Shown: in pieces, positions 34,601 through 45,859 of the stretch
Layout of the letters: each line of letters opens with the position of its first letter
How positions within the stretch are numbered: position 1 is the first letter of the stretch
Assembly (NCBI RefSeq): GCF_000143415.4
Contig: NW_003314296.1
Span: 1,024,930 to 1,088,929, forward strand
Direction: 5' to 3'
DNA: 64,000 bases
DNA from: Selaginella moellendorffii
Taxonomy: Eukaryota > Plantae > Lycopodiophyta
Notes under the pieces: model-generated
Told to the model about the DNA's origin: nothing
What the model saw: the letters and a program-made list of their open reading frames with translations, nothing else
Database searches by the model: none
Position numbers and translations under genes: made by a program

Positions 34601-36055
34601 AAATTTGTTTTCTTTAACATATGACTTGTGTTCCCTTAGTTTCTCAAACACATTCGTCAAGTGTTTGGCATGCTCCTCTAACATCTTGTTATAGATAAAG
34701 ATGTCATCAATATAGATGATCACAAAGTGATCCAGATAGGGTACAAAGATGATGTGGTTCATCAGCACCAAAAACATTGTCGATACATTACACAGCTCAA
34801 AGGGCATCACCAAAAACTCAAAACTCCCATACCTTGTCCAATAGGTTGTCTTATCGACATCTTCCTCTACTATCTTGATCTGGTAGTACCCTGATCTTAG
34901 GTCAATCCTTGAAAAGAGAACGCTTCCTCTTGTTCAACCAAGTCTGTAAACTCTTCGTCAGACTGCAAGATCGGTCCTCACTATGAAGCATGGGCACTTA
35001 ACCGCACCTCCGACCACTTGGAGGAGTTTCATTCACAACTTCCATAAGTCCCAGTTAGGACTCGGGGCTTGCTAGCCCCGAGAATGGCATCCATGCCACT
35101 CCACCTTTGCACTTGCATTCTCAGCTCTAGGGTAAAATGGCTGATATGTTGGTGGTACCTTGGCATGTTTTCTTCGCATTCATGCATTTGGAAATTCCCA
35201 TATGCCGCCACGCATACCCTCCAATAGGGCTAGTTCACTTGGTCCAAGTGCTCCATGTGTCTGATCTCATGACCGACACCCTAAGGTACCACTGACGTGT
35301 CTGATCCATTCCACAGCCTTGATGGAACGCTCAACCTCCTGCAAAGGAGAGTCGTCAATCTCTATCGAGCTTCTACTGAAAGTTCGCCAGCACTGCCACT
35401 AGATCAAGGCCTACAGGCCCAACCTCTAAGTCCCACTAGCCTTTGGGATTTCCTCACCATGTGACCGTATCCTTGGTCACTGCACTAGAGGACTGCTCCT
35501 CTTCCCTTTCACCACTTGGGACTTTGGGGCAACATTTTGGAACACCGTGGCCTTACACAAGCCTCATGGGTACTCTCCTCGCCATTCGCCTTTAGGTGCT
35601 CTAGCCATGGGCTTAGAGCGAGGTTCCGTTGAGCCACGCCAGGTATCCAAGTAGGTAGTGCCACCACACTTGGACTGGGAGCATCGGCCAGTCGATCTCT
35701 CAGGGGAACTAGAGTCGGCTCTTGAACACTTCACCAAGCTACCCCGCTTGTCAGTTCGTGTTCACTCTAGTCATGGACTTCCCAGGGCAACTCATCACCC
35801 AACACTGGGTACAGTCTTCCTGGGCCAAACTGGCCTTTCCTGGCCAAACTGGCTCCACTGCAGTCCTTCCCCTACTATACTTTTGGAGCTCACCAAACCC
35901 CCTAGGGTCTGGGAGATGAACGCTTTGGGCTTTCACCCTCTCAAACTCGAACTCGGACTCGGACTTGGACTTGGACTCAGACTCGAACTCGGACTTGGAC
36001 TCAGACTTGGACTCAGGCTTGGGCTCGGTCTCGGCCTCGGCCTTAGTCTCAATCT
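31630..36055 (-). mobile_element. Decayed Ty3/gypsy chromovirus with family-A LTR remnants at both ends
   Basis: RT (VMPFELCN, IIYIDDIFIY) about 34340-34920; RNase H about 33900-34300; integrase (HNEPLARY, FTSKF) about 32600-33870; chromodomain EEEYEVKAIL...FHVKWK..P..EAT*E.EENL about 32440-32580; PPT-like tract near 31985. Confidence 0.88.
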
Positions 36056-36342
36056 ATGCTTTATTTCGTTAAAGTGGAACTTTTCATTATCCCACTTATG
36101 GTGTGTGGCCACATGCCATTTTTATAACAACAATAAAAAATTAAAGTTTTAGCTTTATAATTTATAAATTAAAAACTTTTCATATGATTTTGTGTTATAA
36201 TATTGTGAAATATAAAAAATAAATTAAAAAACTGATAGAAATATTAATAAATATTAATTAAGTACTAGGAAATGGCATGTGGACACATGCTAATTAATGT
36301 CCCACTTTACTGAATAAGTTCCACTTTAACGAAATAAAGCAT
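36056..36342. mobile_element. MITE-like element, 287 bp
   Basis: Perfect 27-bp TIR ATGCTTTATTTCGTTAAAGTGGAACTT, subterminal inverted CCACATGCCATT, AT-rich core, 2-3 bp duplicated flank (TC/TCT). Confidence 0.85.
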
Positions 36343-36349
36343 GTCTCGG

Positions 36350-36566
36350 TGAGTCGTTCCGTGCTCCAGTGCTAATGCTCCTTAGCTCCATGCTTGGGAG
36401 TTTGGCATCGTTCCTTTGTTCAGTGGCCCAAGGCCCTGAACCTCGGGGTTGTCAATTGGACACGTGGCATGTGTCACATGGCATAAAGAGGGTTTAAGTT
36501 CTGCTTCGTGGTGTTATCCTGTGGTAAATCACTATAGGATAAAGGGTCAAAACCACATGCGCTACA
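36350..36566 (+). mobile_element. 3' part of a family-B LTR (5' LTR position)
   Basis: Matches about 43138-43366; ends CACATGCGCTACA. Confidence 0.8.
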
Positions 36567-36568
36567 TT

Positions 36569-36579
36569 TGGTATCAGAG
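36569..36579 (+). promoter_or_regulatory. Primer-binding site complementary to initiator tRNA-Met
   Basis: TGGTATCAGAG two nt after the LTR-terminal CA. Confidence 0.85.
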
Positions 36580-39500
36580 GGATGAGTCTTGGCGAGTACT
36601 ATCCAATGAGATTGGGCAACTAGTCTCGTTGCATACGCAGAGATGAAAACAATGATCCAAGTGGGTACATGTTTGGGTGCAAAAGGCTTCGCAATTGTCC
36701 CTTGGGAATGGATTTAGTTACCTTGTTGTACCTTATGATGTGAGCTTGCGTTTGGGCTCATAGGATGGATTGGAGATGTTCCGTTTGCACGAGTTTGAGC
36801 TTGGGCTTGTGAGTGAGGCACATTAGTAACTCAAGGTTACACTTTGAGTTAGCAAAATTAATGATAGCCTATCGGTGGTTCCATGAGTTGTTCCAGTGGT
36901 TTTGTGAGTTGTTCCATGTACCATGGGTGAAAGTAAACCTTCCTTGAGTTTGCTATGAGTGGCAAATAGGCTGGTCCGTAACTCTTTAGCATGACACTAG
37001 TGGATCCTTCCTAGGCATGATTACAAGTGGATCAATCAAGACTGTAAAGATTAGTCTATTGGTTCAAGTAGTCATTGCCGTACTCTCTCATAAACTTTTC
37101 TTGGATTGGACTGAAGGCAGTGTGAAAGCAAGCTTAAGGTTTAGTAAAAAATGAGACCAAAAAGAAAGTCGTCAGGGATGAAGGATCAAACACATAAATC
37201 ATTTTCTCTCCTTAGAAATATAAATTTGCAATGAGGTGTGACTCATTGCTCATGTTTATATCATGCAATCAAGAGTCCCTATCTTGATGCATATTGGAGA
37301 TGATAGTCTTACAAATGGTGAGTTGTGGGATGAATAGCGGTGAAGCACTAAAACATTTTGTTTAGGTTTGCTATTGGAAGACTTAAGTTACAATGCTCAA
37401 TTCTTTTCTGAGGAATCTTGCTATTGCTCATTGAGTAGTTTGGTGTTGGATTAGTTTTGAGTTTGGTCGAAAAGAGAGTGGCATGAGCTTATCCGTGTTG
37501 TGAACAAAAGTTAGTGGTATTTAGTGTTATAAAATTTTATCGGTAGAGTGTGGCATTTATGTTATGTTTTATCGAATTGAGTTGGCACTTGATATTCACA
37601 TAATGCTTGTGATGTTACTCAATTGATGATCAAGTTATTGTGATACTTATATCATATCCATGTGATAGTGAGCAATGTGTTTACAAAGTTGCTTAGTTAA
37701 AAGATGATCAACCCCAAAGTGGTTGATGGAGAAGCTAGTCTACTTGCACGAAGTAGCATTGTAATAGCTTTAACTGGATTCTTGATGGTGATCCATTATG
37801 CTAAGCTTAAGTTAGTACCTTGTTTCCTAGGGAGTTTGCCCATTAAGGTGTTGGAAAAGGGTTATAGCATCCATTTGCTATAGCTCATTGGTTTATCCGT
37901 TAGCACTTGGAGTAAATTATTGAATGGAAAAAATGTGTAGTTAAAGCATTGACATCGCTAACACTTGTGTTAGTGGAAGTGGCATTAATGTTCGAGTGAT
38001 GAGGAATTTCCCTTAGAGCTTAATTTTCCATGTCATTTTTCTTGTTAGTGTTTTGGTCATATTGGATATTAAAGGTGATTGAAGAAAAGTGTTAGTGTAA
38101 TATGGATATCCGAAAATATAGTTTTTGTGATCAAGCCTTGGATGTTCATTCTGCATTTTGTGGATGTCGGTGTTGGATATTAAAAATATGGGCATGATGT
38201 TCAATGCTTAAGCATATTATTGGATCATGAGAATTTGTGTTGAAGTGAACCTATGTGAAATAGTAAGTAGGAGGAAGTTGGTTGAGCCTTGAAAGTTTGT
38301 ATTCTTGGACTAAGAGTCATTATTTCTCTTAGATGGAAAATTTTCCACAAATTTTCTTAGGCTTTGCAATGGCTGATTTGTTGATCATTTTGTTCGAAAA
38401 TCATTCCGTTTTTGTAAGCCAATACAAACTAGTGAAGGGGTTGGAGTTGACTTTGGTTGGCTTAAACCTTAGTAGGTAGTTTGTATGATGCAACCCGAAA
38501 GGGATGTTGACTTTTGAAGCTAAGACAATTGAGTTAGATATAGTCTAGAGTTGGTATAAAAAAGTGGCTGTTGCGATTTTCTAGAAAGGTGACCCTTGTG
38601 CCTTTCTTTTAGCATTGTGCTTGGTGGTAGGTTACACCTTGCATTTTGTTAAGACTCTATGACAGTAGTGAGCTCTCATTGATCTTGATTTGGTCTTGGT
38701 GGCCTTGCACCTTAGCTAAAGATGGTGATGTCTAACTTAGTTGTTTGTAGTTGAGATGTTGGTACCCATACTATAGCTTTGTCTAAGTGGAGGTTGTGTA
38801 CTAATATAAGTCCATCTCGTGGTCTTCACTTTAGTTTCGACTAAGTGTTGATTATGCATAGCTAACCTTTTCAAGGCATGCTTAGAGCTGTTGGCTAAAC
38901 GCATTGGTGAGTTTATTGCAATTGAGTTAGATTCATGTGGTCATTTAGTTCGTGCTTGTCCATAAACCTTTATCTCATACTTGGGGTATTACGTTCATGT
39001 TGGACAAGTGTGTGACTCGATAGCATGAGTTTAGTGTTGAGTCTTGTGAAGGCAAGTTGAAAGAGTGATTGTTAGTTGCTTTGCGACTAGTGATTACTTG
39101 TAAACTTTGTCGAAGACTATTGACACTTGCTTCACTCGATGAAGATTTAGTAGTGATGGGCTCGCTTTACCGGATGGTGTTGCAGAGGATCATGTTATTA
39201 GACTTATATGGTTTCTTTTCCATGTTGGTATGTCAATTCCTTTGTCGATATCATTTGGTTATGTTTAGTTTGTAGTGTTGGATTTCATTAAGTCTTGGAC
39301 GTGGTGAATCAATCCTTAACGACATGTTATATGTAACTGAGTATTGTTGGAGAATTAGTCTCTGATACTGAGTAAAAGTATCTTCGACTTTGGTTAGCTT
39401 GGTTGCTATAAAGCTTTGAGTGGTGATTCATTCTCGCTTTCTTTTAGCTTTGTTCTGGTGTTGATGGCATTGAAGTGATGCTTTGTTGTTGACATTATTG

Positions 39501-41319
39501 ATGTTGAGATTCAAGTGAGATGAGATGTTTTTCCTTAGGATTGACATTAAGTTTTATTAGTCTTGATGAAGATAGTGTTGATGATTTGGCCACGGCTTTG
39601 TGTTATTAACATTCATGCATGTGCTAGTTAGCAATTGTTTTGACGTTCAAACGAACTGAGTGGCAAGTTTGAGTTAGTTGTGTTCTAGACGAGATTATTT
39701 AGTAGGGGTTGAGTTTTAGCTTTTCCTTGAATAATGATTTAGTCGTGGACAACACTAACTTTACGAGATGAGGAGTTAGTGATTGATATTGAAGATGTTT
39801 GAATCTTTGTTGGACTTGAGTTGGAATATATTAATTATGGATGATTCTTCTTGTGCTTATTATGAAGTGAGTTACGTCTTGCTATAGATGGATTCATGGA
39901 GGATCATTTAGTGATTACTTGTTGAGCATAGCTCCATTATGCTTAACTTTTGGATTGATGCAAACATGCTCTTCATTAGCTTTGGCATTATGAATTTTAG
40001 TTTATAAATGTGTTGAGGAGGATATTGTGGGTTGTACCATGATTTCTTCTTTAGCATTGAAATTAGTTCATGTGAGACTTGTGATCATTGTTAAGTAAGA
40101 CTTGGTTATAGACTTTTTTGAACTTTTGGTTCCTTGAGTTTTTATGCTCATTATTCCATTTGTTAGAAGTTGTTGGGGAAGGCATTTTGACTCATAGCTT
40201 CGATGATGACGTTAGTATTTGCATGTAGCAATCATTGGTGATGATTAACTATCATCTAGGATAGTTGATTATCCTTGTCAAAAGGTTTTGTTTGATTATT
40301 GTTGGTATAGAATGATTTGTTATTCTTCGGGATGGTGGATTTCTTCTTTGATGATGATTATGCATATCTCTTTTTTAAGGATGATTGATGATCTTTTATG
40401 ATGGTTAGTTTTTTTTTTTATGGCTTTTGGCTTTTCACAATGCCACATGTTCTTTGTGGATTGCTTTGGATTGGTCTCTTGGGTTTGAGACATCAGTAGA
40501 ATGTTGATAACACTTGCTCCTGCAATTTTGGTTCTTTGGTATTGTTGATTGGGATCTATTTAAATTAGCTAGTGTGATATTTGGCATGGGTGTTTGTTAG
40601 TCTTACCACAATCATTCTGTTCTATTGATTATTGTTCGAATTAGTTTTGATAGGTTGGGATCTTATTTCTTTTGGGTGATACATTCGTGAGCATTGTGCT
40701 TGTTAGTCAATAATACTTTGTGTTCTTTAAGTTATCTTTAGTAAGTTGTTTGGCATACTATCTACCATCTTCAGTAGTTAAATTTCATCATTGAGTTTCC
40801 TTGATGATATACTTGCTATTGAATTTTGTTAGATGGTGACTTCTATGTTTTCTAAACATGATGATCTTGGTGGTTCCTATACACTAATACTAGTTTATCG
40901 GATGATAACTTACATGGAATACTTTTGTGTTCTAATCTAAGATATATTCACTGATAATTAAGTCTCTAAGATATCATTGTCTATGACTTTGATATTATCC
41001 ATCTATTAATCTTTGAAGTTGGGCCAATATAGGCAGACTGGCTTCGGCACTTCGTGTGTATGGTGAAATCTCTAGTCATGGGGTAGCTACTGTCGACTGG
41101 TCACATCACCTGCCTCTCTGTCGATGTTCCTTATTCCGTTGAAAGGGCATGACCGTGTAAACAACTCTAACTTCCTGTTTACAGTAGTCTATCTAAACCT
41201 TACTGACGGGTTTGGTTTCTTTGCTCAGGAGGGTTGGAGCCCCTAGCTCCTCTCTCTATGTCTCTGCAGGCAGGGGTATATCACACTTTTGTAAGTTAGA
41301 TGACAACCAGAGCAGCAAG

Positions 41320-41993
41320 TGTAGCGCACCCTATCTCTCTCCCCTTAAGCCAACTGGAAAAGGGGCAATTGCTTGATGAGAGAGCCCTTAGTGGCTATTT
41401 TATCCCCATTTATCCCCCAAGGTTCCAAGGATCCACGGTGACAGTATATCTAAATCTCATCCCATGATCACATGCGCTACACTCACCCGCCCTTTAGAGA
41501 TGTCAATGTCCTCATTGACTATTGACTAGCAACCCCTACTGAGCCAAGGGGAACCAGCACCTCCATTTCTGCACTCAATCTACCAATCCTTCCATTGTGT
41601 AGATCAGTTATTCCATGTGAGGCAACTAGTCATCCACCCGTACCGCAGTCCCACGGTGGATACCTTCATCCGTGGATACTCCACACAAGAAGAAGGACGT
41701 ATGCATGGATGCCCAATACGTACGATTTCAAATTTAGGGGTAAGAATATACCTTGCTCAAGGGTATATTATACTTTTAAGTAGCCACTAATCAATGGGAA
41801 TCGAACCCGTGCCATTTGCTCTGATACCAACTATAGCGCACCCTATCTCTCTCCCCTTAAGCCAACTGGAAAAGGGGCAATTGCTTGATGAGAGAGCCCT
41901 TAGTGGCTATTTTATCCCCATTTATCCCCCAAGGTTCCAAGGATCCACGGTGACAGTATATCTAAATCTCATCCCATGATCACATGCGCTACA
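41320..41993 (-). mobile_element. Complete TRIM (terminal-repeat retrotransposon in miniature), 674 bp
   Basis: 162-bp LTRs at 41320-41481 and 41832-41993 differing at one site; 5-bp TSD GCAAG; PBS TGGTATCAGAGC (minus, 41818-41829); PPT AAAGGGCGGGTGAG (minus, about 41482-41495). Confidence 0.95.
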
Positions 41994-42222
41994 GCAAGGG
42001 TGGCTAACTCTGTTGGTCATTTCCTTGTCGGCAATGGCCGGAAGGTGTCTAAGTGGGTAGCGCATCCATGTTAGACAAAGAGGTTACTCCTAACTCATTT
42101 AAGTTGGTGCATTTCTCATATACTGTGAATACCGTGAACTTTTTCTGGAGTTGTTTCCTTGGCGGTATTCTAGACTTGAGTATGCATCGACGAGGATGTC
42201 GATCTTCCCTAGGGGGGGAGAG

Positions 42223-43366
42223 TGTCGCGAATGTGACTTCGAGTATCGAAAGTTACCTGTCGGCTAGTCCTTTCAGATATTCTTTCCTTACTGCCACGAC
42301 GGCAGGAGGTCAGTATTGCTCGGCATATTATCAATCCCACTTGGGATAGTTGAGAAACTAGTCAATGACCGTGTACTTAAATCAGATGAACATAAAGTAG
42401 GAACCCTATGTGTTTCTTGCTGAGCATACTCGACTTGGTTTGAGAAACTCCTATCATTGGCTTGCACTTGCTAGTATCAAGAACCCCCGTGATATTGAGA
42501 TTGGTCCCTTAATATTTAGTAATTGATAGCTTACCGTGTCTGCCAAACACCCTCGCTATCATGCCCTTTGTGTTAGTCTCAATTAGGTCCCAAATACTAT
42601 TTATGGAAAGTGTCTAGATTCGCTCCTTTGGCACATCTACAGAATGTAGAGATTGACCTGAACACAATGGTGTTTATCCCGTGTCCAAATTTGCACTCTA
42701 GCGCCATTCCATATTTAGTAAGTTTCTAGCTTGTCCTAGACACTAACTTCTGATACTAAGGGAGGCTTGGGGTAAAAGCCCAAACCATGTGTTCCTCAAA
42801 GGGGGGGAAGGGGGGGGGGCTATGGGGGGTTCCAAATGTATAGTAGGGATAGTGGGTGGGTCAGGCATGGCTGACTAACTTGAGGCATAGTTTAGCTCCT
42901 GCTTGCGTGCTTATCCTTGTTCTGTGTCCGGCTTGGGTCTAAGCCCAAGTTACATTCTATGCTCGCTGGTGGAGTACCTATGTCCTTGCGTTAGGCCATT
43001 GGTATGCCGAAATAGCGCCAGACTCCATTTGGCTCCGTTTTGCGTGCTAGTCCTGGTATTGGGATGCTGGTTACTCTAGGACTGTTCCAAGTCGCTCCGG
43101 GCTCCTGTCCCTTCGCTCCTTGGGCTATATGCTCAAGAGTCGTTCCGTGCTCCAGTGCTAATGCTCCTTGGCTCCATGCTTGGGAGTTTGGCACTGTTCT
43201 TTTGTTCAGTGGCCCAAGGCTCTGAACCTCGGGGTTGTCAATTGGACACGTGGCATATGACATGTGGCATGTGTCACATGGCATAGAGAGGGTTTAGGTT
43301 CCGCTTCGTGGTGTTATCCTATGGTAAATTACCATAGGATAAAGGGTCAAAACCACGTGTGCTATA
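42223..43366 (+). mobile_element. Family-B 3' LTR preceded by a PPT
   Basis: AGGGGGGGAGAG then TGTCGCG...GCTATA; colinear with 57311-58401. Confidence 0.8.
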
Positions 43367-43468
43367 ACCGTAGACTTTGGGAAGGAAGTTTTTGTTTGTC
43401 TTGTGGTGGTTTTGTTTGATCTTAGGAATGTTGCATAGGTCTGGAGCTCCCTTTTCAAGCAAGGTATG

Positions 43469-44766
43469 TGTAAGCCACAAATTTTTCCTTTCCAATTTGC
43501 GAGCTTACCTCGTCTATCCGTCCAAGACTGCCTTGGCTTTTGCTAAGTTCCCTCTCCAAGGTTCCCGCCTATGGTACCAACTCCTATTTGGTTCTACTTG
43601 GTTTCAGCTACTCACTCCACGAGCAACGGAGTGTTAGCCATCCATCCACGGATTCCCAAATCGCTCCCAATCCCCCTCCCCGGGTTAGACTGGACTTAAG
43701 GTTCGGCTACACTCCCCACAAGCACAAGCAGCCAAGCACACCAAGCTTCCAGGTTCCTAACATCCCTTGGTACCACAAGACTTGATCATGGGACCCTCTA
43801 AATCCCAAGTCTTGTGTGCAACACTTACTTCGGGACGCCAGGGTGAAACACCATGGCTTAACGGCCCGGTATGAGTACCTCTACCCCCCCAGTTCCATCC
43901 CGAAGGGAAGGTCCAAGCCCCTAGGAAGGACGAGGACCAATGAGCCGCATGGTACTCAAGTGGGGCACCACTCCACATGAGCCAGGAGCACCGCAGTCAG
44001 TTTCCCTTTCGGGAGTGGGAGTTGCTTTTGAGCACTTCCTTGGATGGCCCCTCTGGCACCAACCAAGTCCATGCTCACTCCCACCCAAGGCCCTTTGGTC
44101 CTAGTCTCAACCTCAAGTCAGTTTGAAAGCCCCACTGGAGAGTTCCTTCAAAACTGGTTCCTGGACCTCACTATCCCTACTATACTTTTGGAACCCCCTG
44201 CAGCCCCCCCCCTGCCTGGGAGACGCATGCTTTGGGCTTTCACCCCTTGACCCGTATTAGTACTCAGACTCGGTCTCGTACTCGATCTCAGACTCAATCT
44301 CGGACCCAACTTTGGACTCGATTTCAGACTCGGTCTCGAACTCGATCTCGGACCCGATCTCGGACTTGACTTCGGACTCAACCTCGGACTCGGTCTTGGA
44401 CCTGATTTGGATCTCGGACTCTGTCTCGAACTTGGTCTCGAACTCGGTCTCCGATTCGGTCTCGAACTCGGTCTCGGACTCGATCTCGGACCCAATCCCG
44501 GACTCGACTTTGGACTCAACCTCGGACTTGGTCTCGGACCCGATTTGGATCTCGGACTCTGTCTCGAACTCGGTCTCGAACTCGGTCTCGAACTCGGTCT
44601 CCGATTCGGTCTTGGACTCGATCCTGGACTCCATCTCGAACTCGGTCTCAGAGTCGGTCTTGGACTCGATCTTCGACTCGGTCCCATCCGATGAACTCTT
44701 TGTCATTTTGGTCATGCTTTCGGGGATCCTTTAGCCTACGACACCTTGGCGAGTTGGTTCCTTACA
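43469..44766 (-). mobile_element. Solo LTR (family A), 1298 bp, containing a 12-bp tandem array
   Basis: TGTAAG...CTTACA termini flanked by an identical 5-bp TSD GTATG (43464-43468 and 44767-44771). Confidence 0.9.
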
Positions 44767-45344
44767 GTATGGTGGTCATCAAGCCGTGTAGTATTTGAAG
44801 AGATGCATTTCTTGGATTGGTTTGATAAACATTTTAGGGTTTTCACTTTCTCGCCTAGATTCTCGGCCCAATTTTTCAAAGTAGTGCATTTGGGCTTGTA
44901 GATCTGGCCTAGATCTATGAGTAGTGGTGATTATTGGCGCTAGATTTGGGCAAATTGATGGCATGCAAAAGGATTTTCTCCTTTGGCTAGATTGGGTCAT
45001 CTTTGTAGCAAGAATTCGTGCTTCTTTAGACTTTGTTTTGGATGTTGTTTATTTCTAGAGGTTCTCTGGGGCCTAGGCTTTCCAAAAATACCAACAGAAC
45101 CTTAGTATCAATTTACATTAGTGACATGCACATGTTTTTCCACAATATTGGTGTTCTGGGTTACCTCTTCTTGGATTTTGGGGAATATTGAGGCAACTTC
45201 TTCACAAATTCTTTCGATAGAGGGTAGACAAGGCTGAGCCCTTTCCAACGAGCCCACCAACAGTCAAAATGGGGAAAGATCAAGACCAGAGAATTCATTT
45301 TTCTCTTTTGGGCTAAACTTTGTTAGGAGTTCCCTGGGAACGAA

Positions 45345-45445
45345 GCAATCTTCAGGGAGCAAGAGTAGGCATAGGAACAGGGACAGGAGTAGGAACAGGA
45401 GTTGGTGCTGGAGTAGGCACAGGAGTAGGAGCAAGAGTAGGGGGT
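45345..45445. repeat. Degenerate 12-bp purine-rich tandem repeat (AGGAGTAGG(C/A)AC)
   Basis: Seen directly. Confidence 0.65.
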
Positions 45446-45859
45446 TACCGGTTACAGGTTATAGGTCAACAGTTACTGGTTACCATTACTGGCTACTGCA
45501 AGAGGTCAACGGTTACTCTATGGGTCAATGGTTATGTGTGCTTGAGGTTTACATCTCCTTCCATTTTCACCCTTATTTCTTCGTTACAGGCATTTGGGCA
45601 ACTTTGAGCAACTTGAGCACCAGTCTACAGTCTTCTTGCTCCTGTCAACCTAGTTGCCTTGACCAGGCATTTGCAGTGTTCAAGGTATTTGATGCCAGTA
45701 CAAATTAGACGTGCGACAAATTGGCACCCTTTTACTATACCTCAAGGCCCTAAAGTACAAAGTAAGCTTTTAACATCCAAAAGCAGCTTAGGTATGACAC
45801 AACACCCTCTCGAGCCGAGTCCTCTTCATCCTCGGTAGATTCTAGTGACTTAGATCTAC

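Noticed and set aside
44148-44734. Regular repeat array considered as CRISPR-like
   Set aside because: No unique spacers, eukaryotic context, and it lies inside a solo LTR
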